A DNA stretch of 64,000 bases from contig NC_068992.1 in the NCBI RefSeq assembly GCF_001194135.2, forward strand, positions 64,221,032 to 64,285,031, written 5' to 3'. The translations under genes and the position numbers were made by a program. This DNA is from Octopus bimaculoides. Lineage: Eukaryota. The stretch's first letter is position 1. Each line of letters begins with the position of its first letter. The notes below the pieces were generated by a model that was not told the origin of the DNA, ran no database searches, and worked only from the letters and a program-made list of their open reading frames with translations. This document shows positions 24,393 through 38,249 of the stretch, piece by piece.

Positions 24393-25160
24393 NNNNNNNN
24401 NNNNNNNNNNNNNNNNNNNNNNNNNNNNNNNNNNNNNNNNNNNNNNNNNNNNNNNNNNNNNNNNNNNNNNNNNNNNNNNNNNNNNNNNNNNNNNNNNNNN
24501 NNNNNNNNNNNNNNNNNNNNNNNNNNNNNNNNNNNNNNNNNNNNNNNNNNNNNNNNNNNNNNNNNNNNNNNNNNNNNNNNNNNNNNNNNNNNNNNNNNNN
24601 NNNNNNNNNNNNNNNNNNNNNNNNNNNNNNNNNNNNNNNNNNNNNNNNNNNNNNNNNNNNNNNNNNNNNNNNNNNNNNNNNNNNNNNNNNNNNNNNNNNN
24701 NNNNNNNNNNNNNNNNNNNNNNNNNNNNNNNNNNNNNNNNNNNNNNNNNNNNNNNNNNNNNNNNNNNNNNNNNNNNNNNNNNNNNNNNNNNNNNNNNNNN
24801 NNNNNNNNNNNNNNNNNNNNNNNNNNNNNNNNNNNNNNNNNNNNNNNNNNNNNNNNNNNNNNNNNNNNNNNNNNNNNNNNNNNNNNNNNNNNNNNNNNNN
24901 NNNNNNNNNNNNNNNNNNNNNNNNNNNNNNNNNNNNNNNNNNNNNNNNNNNNNNNNNNNNNNNNNNNNNNNNNNNNNNNNNNNNNNNNNNNNNNNNNNNN
25001 NNNNNNNNNNNNNNNNNNNNNNNNNNNNNNNNNNNNNNNNNNNNNNNNNNNNNNNNNNNNNNNNNNNNNNNNNNNNNNNNNNNNNNNNNNNNNNNNNNNN
25101 NNNNNNNNNNNNNNNNNNNNNNNNNNNNNNNNNNNNNNNNNNNNNNNNNNNNNNNNNNNN
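24393..25160. other. Assembly gap (N); other gaps at 10812-10962, 28155-28239, 44668-44902, 47112-47486, 49238-49247, 55619-55790
   Basis: Runs of N. Confidence 1.
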
Positions 25161-25444
25161 TCTACGTCCCCATAACCTAGCAGTTTAGCAATAGAGAGAT
25201 AGAATAAGTTCTAGGCTTAGAAACAATAAGTCCTGGGGTTGATTTGTTCGACTAAAGGTGGTGCTCCAGCACGGCCGCAGTCAAACAAATGAAACAAGTA
25301 AAAGAGTATTAGTAAGAGTGCTTCAGAATACTTGTTCCAAATCCCTGTGCTCCAAGTTCAAATCCCACTGAAGTCAACTTTGCCTTTCATTACAGAGAAA
25401 AAAAAGACAGTGGCTTAGTGGGATTATAAGCACAAAAAGTTTAG

Positions 25445-25745
25445 GCACGTGGCTTAGTGGTTAGTGCATCCGGCCCACGACTGTAAGGTCATGAGTCTGA
25501 TTCCTGGTGGCACATTGTGTCTTTGAACAAGGCACTCTATTTCCCATTACTCCAGTTCACTCAGCTGGAAAAAACGAGTTGTACTTGTAGTTCAAAAGTG
25601 TCACACTGACCCATGTTGAGAACTATGTTAAGAGTTATGCATGTCTGTGGAGTACTCGGCCACTTGCACGTTAATTTCATGAGCAGGCTGTTCCATTGAT
25701 TGAACCAATCGGAACCCTCGTCACTGTAGCTGACCAAGTGCCAGT
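25445..25745 (+). mobile_element. tRNA-derived SINE, fourth family
   Basis: Head GGCTTAGTGGTTAG...; CTTTGAACAAGGCACT box; second copy at about 43575-43900. Confidence 0.7.
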
Positions 25746-27220
25746 AGTAAGCACAACAGATCAAAGGTCATGAAGTATTTTTTTGTGGTTGTTTGCCTTC
25801 TGAGTTCAAATCCCAGCAAAACTAACTTGGGTGATAGATTTAATCCAAGACCACCAGGCACTTGGGGTATTGTCTTTAGTAGAATCCACTCTGTTGCAAG
25901 CACTTAGCCCAGGTCTCTACCTCACTCCCTCTGATTCCCCCCAACAATTTTGGAGCACCTGTAAAGGGTCAGGGACACTACGAGGGGGTGCTGAAAAGTT
26001 CCTGGCTTTGGGTAAAAGAAAATATGGACCCCCAAGGGTCATGTGGACCCTGGTTAAGAACCACTGGACTATGTCTATGTAGCAACATCAAAGACAACAG
26101 AAACCAAAGGAAAAAAATTCAAGGATTCAAGAATACTAACAACAAAACATGGATGATAATTCATTACTTTGCTTTTTTTTTTTACAGACATTTCTAAGCA
26201 ACATGAAGAAACTGGAAGATTCCTCTATTCTAAAAAGCGGCATTTGTACGACTATTTACCCATAAGCATTCAGCTTACTCTGTCAAATGTAATATTGATT
26301 TACATCGTTTTGAAGTAATCATGCATTATCTTGTAGCTTTTGAGATTTCAGTGGGATTGTTTATTTTTAGACTGACACGGTAGAGTAAGCACGAGAGGTC
26401 AGATCCGGCTGGTTTGCACATAAAACAGGTAGAATATTTGGGTCAGATGAGGCTGGTTTAAATGCTAAATGGTTACAGTGAGAGGGTGGACCATTCACTA
26501 TGAACACCACTTTGTCATTCACCAAATGAGAAAATCGTTATCTCTGTAATGTCAGATGATGTAGCAATAGCATAATTAACAAAGTTATCATAATTAGCCA
26601 TGACACAAGGTCTCTTTAGCCTTTATCTCTCATTAAACATCCTCCTCTCACTACAAACAATACACATTCATTCATAAAATGAGAAAATGGTTTTCTCTTT
26701 AATGTAAGGTCAAGAAGAAATGTCATGTTAACCCTTTTGTTACCAAATTCCTGTTAAAATAAAATGCCTTTGTCTTAATTAATTTTGGGTAATAATGAAG
26801 AATTTAGTAAAGTAACTTTATCATTCTTGAATTGGTATTTGGAACATAAAGGACCCCTTTCAGCTATGAATGACCATGGGATTGCACCTAGAAAGTTCCC
26901 CTCCAAGGCACAAGTCCGGGCAAGGTTGTTTGTGGAAGACCAGCAGTCACCCATGCATACCAGCCTCCTCTTCTCTCCATGCCACTGATGTTATCCAAGG
27001 GAAAGGCAAAGGCCGATACAGCTTGGCACCAGTGTCATTGCAACTCATTTTTACAGCTGAGTGAACTGGAGCAACTTGAAATAAAATGTCATGTTCAAGA
27101 ATGCAACATGCAGTCCAATCTGAAAATCGAACTCAGTACCTCATGATTGCAAGCTTCATGATGTTCTAACCACTGAGCCATGCAACTTCACTGAAACATA
27201 AATTAATATGAAATTTCTAT

Positions 27221-27477
27221 CAGGGCTGTGGAGTCGGAAACAATTAAGGGGTAGCTGGAGTCAGAGTCGGTAAAACTATACCGACTCTGATTCCGACTCA
27301 CAATGTCTTTATTCTTTCATATAAACCAGTTATAAGGCCTACTCAAAGTATAAGCGTATGCATATGCTTTATGGGATATGTAGACCACAATCAATTACAT
27401 AAAGAAGAGTCGGAATCGGAGTTGGAAGTGCCAATAGTACAGGAGTCTAAGTTTTTTGTTTCAAATCCACAGCCCTG
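27221..27477. mobile_element. hAT-like MITE
   Basis: 12-bp TIR CAGGGCTGTGGA / TCCACAGCCCTG; internal GGAGTCGG repeats; degenerate 8-bp TSD ATTTCTAT / ATTTTTAG. Confidence 0.7.
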
Positions 27478-28039
27478 ATTTTTAGTCTACTTTAAAAGAG
27501 AAAGTTTCTTTCATAAATCCATGGGCGTTCTTGGACAGTTTGGTATCAAAAGAGTTAATTAATGTTACAAAAGACACTATGTACTATCTACCTTTATATT
27601 CCTTTAATGCTTTAAAATTCAGATCACTCTGTCAAATTTAAAGCTTATTTATTTGCATCGTTTTGAATTAATCATGAGTTGTCTCATAAGCTTTGAGATT
27701 TTAATGATGTGACTGTTTATTTTTGGAATGACAGTTGTAGGATAGATATAAGAGACTGAAGCTGGCTAGTCTGAATGTAAAACAGACAGGCTAATTGGGC
27801 CTGATATACCACTAAGACCATCTGATGACCTATGGAGTTCTCTTTCTTTCTACCTCTCACCCTTTCATGCCAGGCCATGTAGCAATCACATATAATCAAT
27901 GTTATCAAAAGGGTACACTGCCATTTAGCTCTTTTTCTCTTTGACCTTTTAGTATTTAAACTGGCCAGATCTAGCCTTCACACCTACCGAATAATGTCAT
28001 TCTAAAAATAAACAATCACGTGTGTGGGTGTCACATAAA

Positions 28040-28370
28040 AAGCACTGGTGATGGTGCCACGAAAAATAGCACCGATGATAGTGCCACGAAAAAAAAAAAG
28101 CACTGGTGATGGTACCACGAAAAAAAAGTACTGGTGATGGTACCACGAAAAAAGNNNNNNNNNNNNNNNNNNNNNNNNNNNNNNNNNNNNNNNNNNNNNN
28201 NNNNNNNNNNNNNNNNNNNNNNNNNNNNNNNNNNNNNNNAAAAAAAAAAAAGCACTGGTGATGGTACCACGAAAAAAAAAAAGTACTGGTGATGGTACCA
28301 CGAAAAAAAAAAAGCACTGGTGATGGTACCACGAAAAAAAAGTACTGGTGATGGTACCACGAAAAAAGCA
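28040..28370. repeat. Minisatellite of about 28-30-bp units (A)nG(C/T)ACTGGTGATGGTACCACG, interrupted by a gap
   Basis: Tandem units visible; expanded from a SINE internal segment. Confidence 0.9.
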
Positions 28371-30765
28371 CTCAGTACACTCTGTAAAATGGTTGGTACT
28401 TGGAAGAGCATCCAGCTGTAGAAGCCATGCCAAAACAGACAGGGATCTGATGTGGCTCCTGGCAAACTGTCAACCAATGCCAGCATGGAAAACGGAGATT
28501 AAATGACGATGACATAAAAATATCAAAGCTATGCGATGATGCATGCTTAATTCAAAAGAATGTAAACAAATAAGGTTTACACTTGATAAATCTGAATGCT
28601 ACTCCTAACGCCATCTAGTCACGGATTTTCTCTCTCGATGCCATCATTGATACAGTTCATGCAGCAATGACATCATTCAACCACTACAATATACCAAGCA
28701 GTCTACTTTAAATACAAAGAATGAGCTACTTATGTGCAAACTTTTACTCAAATTCTTTCTGGAGTATTTCAAGGATTAGCAATAAGAAAATCATCTGGCT
28801 GTAAAAGAATGCCTTGCAACTTTGTTTAGAACATGAAAGCATGGGGAAATGACACAAAAATGGATGTGTGTGCATCTCTCACAGCCTGACAACTGGTGCT
28901 GGATTAGGTCTCCGTGACTTAGTGTTTTGCCAAAAAAAAAAAAAAAAAAAAAAAAAAGATCAAGAGGATAAGCATTAGACTTTCAAATAAATACTGAAGA
29001 TACTTTCACTGGCTAAACCCTGCAAGGAAGTGCCCCAGCATGGCCACAGTCCACTCACTGAAACATGTAAACGACAAAAGAATTTCAATGACTCTGGGAT
29101 GATGAAAAGCAAAGGGTACTTGGGTGGAATTGGTAGCTATGAAGCTCACTTTGCAGTTACATGGCTTTGGCTTCAGTCCCACTGCACGGCACCCTGGGCA
29201 AGTGTCTTCTAGAGCCCCGAGCCAAACAATGCTTTTGAGTGAATTTGGTAGGAAACTGTGTGGAAGCCTGTTGTGTGTGTGTCTGTATTTGTCTCCCGAC
29301 AACTTGATGGCCAGTATCGGTTTGTTTACAACCCTGTGACTTAGCAGTTTGGAAACTGACACAAATAGAATAAGTAGTAGAAAACTTGAAAATAAATACT
29401 GAAGTCGATTTACTGAACTAACCATTTCAGAGTGGTGGTCCAGCATGGCCACAGTCTAATGATCAAAACAAATAAAAGTCAGAACAAAATGACTTGAAAC
29501 ATAGTAGGAGATACCCAAGGTGCTACACAGTGGGACTGAACCCTAAACCATGTGGTTGCAAAGCAAGCTTCATAAACACCCAGCCATGCCTATTCCAATA
29601 AAATTTTTAAAAAAATGTTTTTTTAAATCTAGAACAAGACTGGGTTATTCCAACAAAGTTATAAAAATAGTTAAAAACAAATCTTCAGCCAGTTAAATGT
29701 TTAACAATAGAAGATGAGGTGTAACACAACCGTTAACCTAAATATTTTGCTTTCTATGAAAAACAATTCACAAAAACCGTTACTGCTGATCTGAGGTGTG
29801 TTTGTTTACGATAAGTGTTGCTGTTTAGCCCAGGTTGAGCAGCAGACCATAACTATTGTTATTCTTTCTTGTATAGCACATCTAGGACTACATCATCCCA
29901 TTGTGTCTCTTTTTCTGTCTAAGGTCAATAGGGTGTGTAATGTAATTTGTATGAGATTTGGTTGTTGTTTCCAGGGGACTGAGTAGCCTGATGGAGGATC
30001 TCTCATCGGTAGGTGAGAGGTGTGATTCATTTCACATACTTGATTTGTTTTTTATCTTTTACTTTTATTAATCACTGGACTGTGGCCATGCTGGGGCACT
30101 GCCTTGGAAGGATTTAATTGAACTAATCGACCTCAAGACCCATATTTCTTCTATAGTCTGGTACACATTATATTGATGTCTTTTGCCAAAGCACTAAGTC
30201 ACTGGAATGTAAAGAAACAAATACCAGTTGTAATGGTGAGGGAACAAATACAATGATGAAGTGTGTGTGTGAAATTTTGCAGTCTTGTTGTTGGTAATGG
30301 TGGTGATAATGGGCACTGCATATGTATATATGCCATATATATTGGAATATATGCAGTCTTTGAGAAATTTCTGTGCTTATATTTGGTATGTGTGTGTTTC
30401 CTTGATATCAGACAATGGCTGTGAACAAGTATTACTGTCATACCAACAGTGTTATTTGCCCAAACCTTCACTAAACCATGTCAGGCCATGGAGAAATATT
30501 ACCTTGCTGGGAAACAGGTAAGGGTTGATGACAGGAAGGGTATCTCTGTTATCTGATAGTTTATATAAACAACAGATTTACTTAATTGACAGTAACATGC
30601 CAATGATATTGACTTTGCTTTTTTTTTTTAATTTTTTTATTATACATGTTTCTTCTCTGCATAAACCAATCTGTTATCTTTTCAAGTTTTTATTTCCCTC
30701 TCAATGTCTGATAAGACCTATCTCAAATCTTATCAGATCAGCTTGTCTACTAACCTTGAAATTAA

Positions 30766-30983
30766 CCCATTCAATACCAAGCCAGCTGAAACTGCCTCTG
30801 GCTCTGTAGCACAAATGTCTGGTTTTCAAAAGTTCTGAATTAAAATTTTCCACCAAACTTCAGTCACAAGTTACATTTCTAACACTAGCTTAATGATAAC
30901 TAAGTTATTTTACTAAATTCTTTGTTGTATCTAAAATTAATTGACAGAAACACATTTTAAACAGAAATATGGTAACAAAAGAG
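30766..30983. mobile_element. piggyBac-type MITE, same family as 3326-3535
   Basis: TTAA flanks, degenerate CCC..T.(A/G)TAC ends, shared internal sequence. Confidence 0.7.
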
Positions 30984-31763
30984 TTAAACATGCTTTATCT
31001 CCATATTTTTCAGCAATTTCTTTTTTATCAGACAGGGTAAGAGCCTTCCAAAACTACAAAAGAGTTACGGGGACAGAAGGCGGAAAGAGGGAAGGATAAT
31101 ATTAGTCAGTCTTCCTTCAATATAAACATCTTGACCTTTCTATGTGACCAACAAAAACACAGATAGTTGTTTAAAACACTGATAGGTGTCTCATTTTACA
31201 TACTTGATTTGTTTATCTTTTAGCATTTTAACCGTCCATATCTGGTTCAAATATTCTACCTGTTTTATATGTGATTTATAAACAATCACATCTTCCAAAT
31301 TTCCAAGCCATGACATAACACAATTAATTTAAAACCATAACTATTTAATGTCCATTCTCTATGTCATGAGTTGGACGGTTTGATAGGGGCTGACCAGCTG
31401 GAGAGTTGTCTGAACTCCATTTGTCTGATTTGGCATGGCTTCTATGGCTGGATGCCAACCACTTTACAGAATGTACTTGGTGCTTTTACCTGGCATTTGT
31501 CAGAGTAGTCTGAACACTAAAGGGCAAAATGCCAGGTTATCCTGTTCCTTTTTCCAATGTAAAAAGCACCCACTACACTCTCAGAGTGGTTGGCGTTAGG
31601 AAGGGCATCCAGCTGTAGAAACACTGCAAGGTCAGATTGGAGCCTGGTGCAGCCTTCTGGCTCACCAGGCCTCAGTCAAGCCATCCAACCCATGCCAGCA
31701 TGGAAAGTGGATGTTAAACGATGATGATGATGAATGTGTCTCTTTCTTTCTTTCTTTCTTTAA

Positions 31764-32062
31764 CCTTTTTGATACCAACCTGCCTCAAATCACCCTTGGC
31801 TCAATGATGCAAATTTACGTGTTTTAATGTGATCTAAATTAAAATCTTCCATCAAAATTTCATGTTAATTTTATGTACCAAACATCAGTTTAATAATGAC
31901 AAAGTTATTGTTATACTTGGGGATGGCCATATTTTGCCAATTAAACACGTTGCACTTCAGCTTGACTATAATGATGAAGTTATTTCATTAAATTCATTAT
32001 TTTCAAAAGTTAATTAAAACAATGTCAGTGTTTTTTCAATACAAATATGGTAACAAAAAGGG
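31764..32062. mobile_element. piggyBac-type MITE, related family
   Basis: TTAA flanks; ends CCTTTTTGATACC / GGTAACAAAAAGGG. Confidence 0.65.
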
Positions 32063-33064
32063 TTAATGCAGCAAGGTGTAATATTTGAAGGCTATCTAGC
32101 TACTATTTATAGCAAACCAAGTGACTGTTCAGAGTATCCATGGGTAACCTGCAGCCAATGAGACTTTCCGAATGGCACACCTATTGAAAAATTACCTTGA
32201 ATTGTTTAGGTAGTGCAGTCCACCTGATGAGGAGCCAAGCCTCATGTGACCTGCTTTTCAAAAAAGGTTGCCCATGCTTGATGTAGAGGCACCCTCAATG
32301 GTTCAAAGCACTTGAGTAGTTGTTGTTTAACCCCAGGCCAATTCTGAAGGAGCACATCCGTGCTCAAATATTTCAGCCATACTTTATCATCTTTCTCCTA
32401 CATGCAAGTGACCCAAGACAACATTATTCAACAAGTTCTCTCTTAAGGATGACAAAAAATGTTTAAAAGGAAATATGACTGCTATTTCAAGCAAATCAAG
32501 TACCCATATAGTTTTCTCCCCCATTGGTTGTTGCTTGACTCCAAGTCAACCCTGACACTAGGTATGTCTTACTGTGACCACTCAATCTTATTGTTAGAAT
32601 AATTACCCAATGTAGCCTTCCTTTTTTTAAGCCATTAGGGAAGTAGTTCTCATCTGGGGTTCCTCTGGCCTGGGGAGTGGGGGTGGTCATATATATAAGA
32701 TTTTGTTGTTAAAATTCATCGGCAATACAAAAAAATATTAAAATTTTTTTTTATACCATTCTTAATAATATTTAATTACAAAAATACAATAAAATTACTT
32801 TTTATATACAGTAGAGTGAAATAGGGATCAAAAGGGTCCACAGGAGCAAAAAAATGGTTGAGAACCCCTGCATCAGTGTGTAATTTGAGGGAGATTTGAT
32901 TACTATTTCCAGCAAGTCTGGAATCATGTTGAAGCTTTTCCATTGATTTGTTAGAGTTTAAACGATTTTGTCAATTAGCTAACTGCATTAGTCCTAGTTT
33001 GTATTAGTGACAATAGTCACAACAGTGGCAATAGCAACACAATTGCTTTAGTCAAGTGCAACAG

Positions 33065-33250
33065 TCTTAATCACATGCAACTGCTTCAGTCACGCACACA
33101 GCTACATCAGTCACATTTCCAGCTGCATCAGTAACACACAGCTGTCCTAGTCACGTGCAGTAACATTAATCACATTCATAGCTGCTTCAGTCACATGCAA
33201 CTGCATTAATCACATTCATAGCTGCATCAGTCACATGCAGCTGCATTATC
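33065..33250. repeat. Degenerate minisatellite of about 19-22-bp units (CAGTCACATGCAACTGCAT)
   Basis: About 9 imperfect tandem units. Confidence 0.75.
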
Positions 33251-34111
33251 TGCCACTTTATATTAGTCACAGTTGTACTAGGGTCAATCTGCATTAACCA
33301 TTGTCCATCATATCAGTCACAAAATTGTATTTATTAACAATCTAGAAAATCTTGCATGAAGATTTGTTTATAAATAGCCTTTCTTGTATCATTACTAAAC
33401 GTGTTTGACTTCTGAAAATATTAATCACATAACGCAACACACTCCTCCTTTTTTCACCCATTCAAAGAAATATTCTTGGAATATTATTTGCGCAACTCTG
33501 TCTCTTTCCTTTCCCTCCCTTTCTCTCCATGTTATTCCCCTCTGTTTCTCTACTCCCTCTGACTCTTCCTCTCTCCTTCCACTACCATATGACCAGTTAC
33601 AATCTAAGGCGGTGCCCTCCTTTTTCATGTTGCCTTCAACTGGATTGGTAACACTTCTCTGTGTTCCTTGCTCTGCCTTTCCCTTGCTTTTAGTCCTTTA
33701 GGACATTTTTCATTTCACCTTTGCGTTATACAACACTTGTCTGTGCTAGCCCATGGCTTTTTTTGTTCTGACCTCCAGTGTTTGTTTTCTGTTCTTTTGT
33801 GTATTTAGTATATGTTTTACAACTTGACCATCTGTGTCTTTTATCTGTTTGTTTATTACTATACGTGTTTGACTTCTAAATATATATATATATATAAGCC
33901 ATTATTGGACAGTTCAATGATGGCTTAATAGGTCCAAATTTCAAAGTACCTGTCAATGCTATTCTTGTTAAAGAATATTAAATTTGCACCCAACCAAATG
34001 TTTTGAGTAATCCTTCAATTTAATGTAAAATCATTTTTATTATAACATAAGAACATTCATATATATGGCAGTTCCCTAGCATGGCTACAGCCTCAAGGCT
34101 GAAACATAAAA

Positions 34112-34178
<67 letters not shown>

Positions 34179-36017
34179 ATCATCATCATCTTAACACCCA
34201 CTTTTTCACTGCTTGCATGGATCAGATGATCTATGCGACCATTGATAAACTTTGCTGAAGCAGAATTTTCTATAGCTAGATGCTCTTTCTGTTGCCAACC
34301 CATGCCCGTTTTTAAGTGAGGAATTTATTCCCAGCCAGTCTATCAAACAGTGAACTCTCTGGACATGGCTTCGTAGAAGACTGCAAGTGAATGCCAGCTG
34401 TTTGTATGAATGGTGGAATCAACAATCAATAAGCAAATGCCAAGACCTATCAAGAAGGCTGGATATGCTTTCACGGAAGACTGCAAACAAGTGACACTGT
34501 TTTGTATAAATGGTGACGCTTCGTTTACAATTGGTGTGCAGATGTCAAGACAAGAGAATACATATTTAGTTGCATACACATACATCTTTTTATCTTTTAC
34601 TGGTTTCAGTGAACTTGTCAAATGAATCAACCTCAGTACTTGATTTTTATTTATTCATTTTTTTTAAAGTCTGGTACTTATTCTATCAGTCTCTTTTGCT
34701 GGACTGCTAAGTTACAAGGACATAAACACACCAACACCAGTTGTCAAGCAGTGGTGGGGGATAAGCACAGACATAAAGACGCACATACTAAAGGCTTCTG
34801 AAGTTTCCTTACTAAATTTTACCCAATGTATTGATGAACCAGAGGAAACCAGCCAAAGGGGTCCTTACAATGAGACTGCACCCCCAAACCAAATGCTGCC
34901 AAGGTAAACTTGTTTCCCACACAGCCATACCTGCAGGGGCCTCTGAGAAATGTTTGAAAGATACTGTTCTATACATATACTGTGAAATGTCAATGAGGGA
35001 ACCTGTACATGGTTGTTTAACGAGCTAGAAATAATTGCTAAATCTCTCTCAAATCACACCTATCCTCTCTGTCATGTGCCATGCTTAAAAGATGTCAGCA
35101 ATCAGAGACTCCTATGCCTTTCTGTCACACACACAACTGGCACCTTACTGAGCTGGTCTTTCTGAAACCAGATGGTAAGGTCATTGGGTGTTTTCTTTCT
35201 CGATTACCATCTTGATTGATCAAGTGCTCAAACTTTACTTTTCTCATATACACCACACCCTAATCTAGTTAAAAAAAAAATCAAGGACATGATGGATGAT
35301 GTCTTCCAAAGTATTATATTCCTGAAAAAATAAAAGACAGGATGGTTGTGGCCAGAATTCTTTTGATTGTAAGCCTGCTTGATTAGGACAGACCACAAGC
35401 TAAATGCAAGAGCTGAAAGTTTCTCAGCTGATGGCGAAATAAGAGTCTTTGTTTGGACATGTTCTGAGAGGACCAAATACACTGACCAGTGGCTGTAATT
35501 CTTAGTCACAAAAATAAACTAGAGGTGCAGGCATGGCTGCATGGTTAAGAGACTTGCTTCCTAACCATGTGGACTTGGGTTCAGTCCTATTGCATGGCAC
35601 CTTAGGCAAGTGCCTTCTACTTATAGCCCCAGGATAACCAAAGCCTTGTGAATGGATTTGGTAGACTGAAACTGACAGAAACCTATTGTATGTACATATG
35701 TATGCTCATAATTAATAAAGTATGTCTTTTTAGGACAAAATGTATTAGGTATCACCAGTTAAGTGCTCAAATTTGAACAATGCCTGAAGATCTGGAAGAG
35801 ATGTTTAAAGGGCAGAGTAAACTAAAAGAGCAGTTACTCTATTTGTTAACATTTACAATTACCATGAAAATATCATACAGGATTACTACTAAGAAAATCT
35901 CTCAAAACCTTGTCGGGTTACTATATGGAAATTTATACAGAGTTCCTATGACTCATATCTATACAACTATGGATTAACTAATTCGGTATTGCAACAGTCT
36001 TACGCAATCGGCAGAAG

Positions 36018-36734
36018 ATTGGTGAGGTGAAAAAGCTCGATGAAAATCAAAAAGTAAGGCATTTTGAAGTGTGCTCGATGCTCTTTCTGTGAAACACCAA
36101 TGATCCTTTTCTTGACCGAATTGTCACTTGTGAGGAAAAGTGGATCCTTTATGAAACGATCAGGTCAATGGCTTGATCGTGATTAGTCCCCCAAACATTT
36201 CCCAAAGTCAAAGTTGTATCAGCCAAAGATTATGGTAACTATCTATCTGGTAGTCTGCAATTTGTGTTGTCCATTACAGCTTTCTGAAAGCCAATCAGAG
36301 CATTACAGCAGAGATTTACTGCAATCAACTCGCTAAAATGCATGCTCACTTGCAAAACCCAATTCTGCTCCATGATAATGCAAAGCCATGTTGCAAGAAT
36401 CACGCTGCAGGAACTCACAGACTTGGGATACGAGACTTCACCACATCCTCCATTGTCTCCTCATCTTTCACCCACTGACTACCATTTTTTAAAGCATTTA
36501 AACACATTTTTAGGTGATAAAACTTTCAGGGTCCAAACCAGAGGTCTCAAAGATTTCTTAGCATCAAAGCCAGTAAGTTTTTATCAATGAGGCATAAATA
36601 ATCTCGTTGATTGATGGAAGAGATGCATAGATGTTCACGGCTCATACTTTGACTAATCAAAACATTTCTATTGCAAATTTTTCCAGAATAAAATTGTTTC
36701 TGAAATGAGCTATTATTTTCTGAACAACCTAATA
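36018..36734 (+). mobile_element. Decayed, 5'-truncated mariner transposon
   Basis: Frameshifted transposase motifs FLDRIVTCEEKWILY, HPPLSPHLSPTDYHFLKHL (YSPDLAP-like) and RWKRCIDVHGSYFD*; right TIR ending AACAACCTAATA. Confidence 0.88.
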
Positions 36735-37513
36735 TATTCCTATTATAATCACTTATGTGATTATACAATTTTCCATGTTAATATACTTCTTGTCGTGACT
36801 ATTCCAAATATACTTACTCTATTCTCTCTTATATTCTAATATGCACATACGTATGTGTGTGTATGCATGTGTATATGTGTGTTCCCTTGTTTTGACAACA
36901 GGTAATGGTTGTAAGCAATAGTTCATTTCCAGTCTTCTATAAAAGCCATGTCTGGCCAGGATGAAATATTACTTTGCTTGGAAACAAAGGAGAGTTGGTG
37001 ACAGAAAGAATAACTGGCTGTAGATAATCTGCCTCAACAAATTTCACCTAACTCTTTTAAATATATATATATATATATATGTAAAATGGTGATTGCATCA
37101 CCTTCTCTATCATGGGACAGTACATTACACACACACAACAAACTGCTACATAGTTACGGTTTAGCAAATCCACTAACAAGGCATTCATCAGCCCAGGGCT
37201 ACAGTAGAAGACACTTGCTTAGCCTAAGATGCAGTGAAGGAGACTGGACCCTGAAGGAGACTGGACCCAAAACCATGTGGTTGCAAAGTGAGCTTTTGAC
37301 CACAGCTATGCTTGCCCCTCTGTATATGCATATTTCTCAGTGACCACACTCGAGATCCCAGCTTATCATAGGTCTTTGCTATCATTTTCTGTATCTCTTC
37401 CCCATCCAGTCCTTAGTAACTTTAGCATAATCACCAGGACATCATAACGAAAAAATATTCTGCATCAAGCACAATAAAATATTTAAAAAAAGACCCAAAA
37501 ACATTCTTGTTTC

Positions 37514-37577
37514 TTGGACAGTTGTGATTCAGAATGAAACAAGATTTCTTGCTCCATTCTGAATCACAACTGTCCAA
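37514..37577. repeat. Perfect 23-bp hairpin with 18-nt loop (pre-miRNA size)
   Basis: TTGGACAGTTGTGATTCAGAATG / CATTCTGAATCACAACTGTCCAA. Confidence 0.85.
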
Positions 37578-37902
37578 CAACTGGAAATGTGAAACTGATT
37601 AGCAGATTTTTTGTGATATTTTTACAATGTTTTTGCAGCTTTAATAATAAAGTATATTACTCTACTTCCAGTATTCGAGTACTATTTTCCCCCACCTTGT
37701 TTCACATTTATGTACTTACTCTGGTATGTATGTGTATGTATATATATATATATATATATATAGATAGATAGATTAGTTACAGGAATCATTAGAATCTAAG
37801 CACATCAACACACAAGACACTAGGACTGGCTACATACCACATATTGAGTTCACACCGAGGTAAAAAAACAACCATGAGATGAGGTGTGTTAGTAGAATAC
37901 TG

Positions 37903-37935
<33 letters not shown>

Positions 37936-38153
37936 TATATATATACACATACATACACACATATTTATATACATAGGTACCAAATGCAATATAAACTGTA
38001 GATCCGACTCAGGTTTGGCATAGGTATAAAAAGAACACAAATGGGGATTTAAAATATACAACTGTTCCAGTGGAATTTTATTGATGTATTCACCATGTTG
38101 ATTGTTGGATAGGTCGTCACCAAGGTGGTTTTACCTCACCTGTTTGATATCTG

Positions 38154-38249
38154 TTTAAAATTCTACCTGAAGATGGTGGATTTATGCTATGATGTAATCT
38201 ATGAATACATCAATAAAATTCTACTGAAACAGCTGTAGTAAATTTTAAA
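38154..38249 (+). ncRNA. Type I hammerhead ribozyme motif (Penelope-like), near-intact
   Basis: Stem I TTTAAAATT(C)TAC / GTAAATTTTAAA; core CTGAAGA 38167-38173; stem II GGTGGA / TCTACT, extended by TGATGTA/TACATCA; GAAAC 38226-38230; palindromic stem III ACAGCTGT; GUA cleavage triplet. Confidence 0.75.

Noticed and set aside
25445-25510. tRNA-like sequences (also 12241-12309, 41571-41660, 43575-43640)
   Set aside because: SINE heads with degraded acceptor stems, followed by repeat bodies; not functional tRNA genes.
28040-28370. Regularly spaced repeats resembling a CRISPR array
   Set aside because: Eukaryotic context; the spacers are only poly-A; the unit derives from a SINE segment.
32225-32260. 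CTGATGAGG...CCTCA as another hammerhead
   Set aside because: No GAAA, stem III or stem I partner downstream.
33391-33877. 23-bp direct repeats (33391-33413, 33855-33877) flanking a pyrimidine-rich stretch
   Set aside because: Probably a decayed retroelement end or duplication, but no ribozyme core, ORF or TIR is recognisable to classify it.
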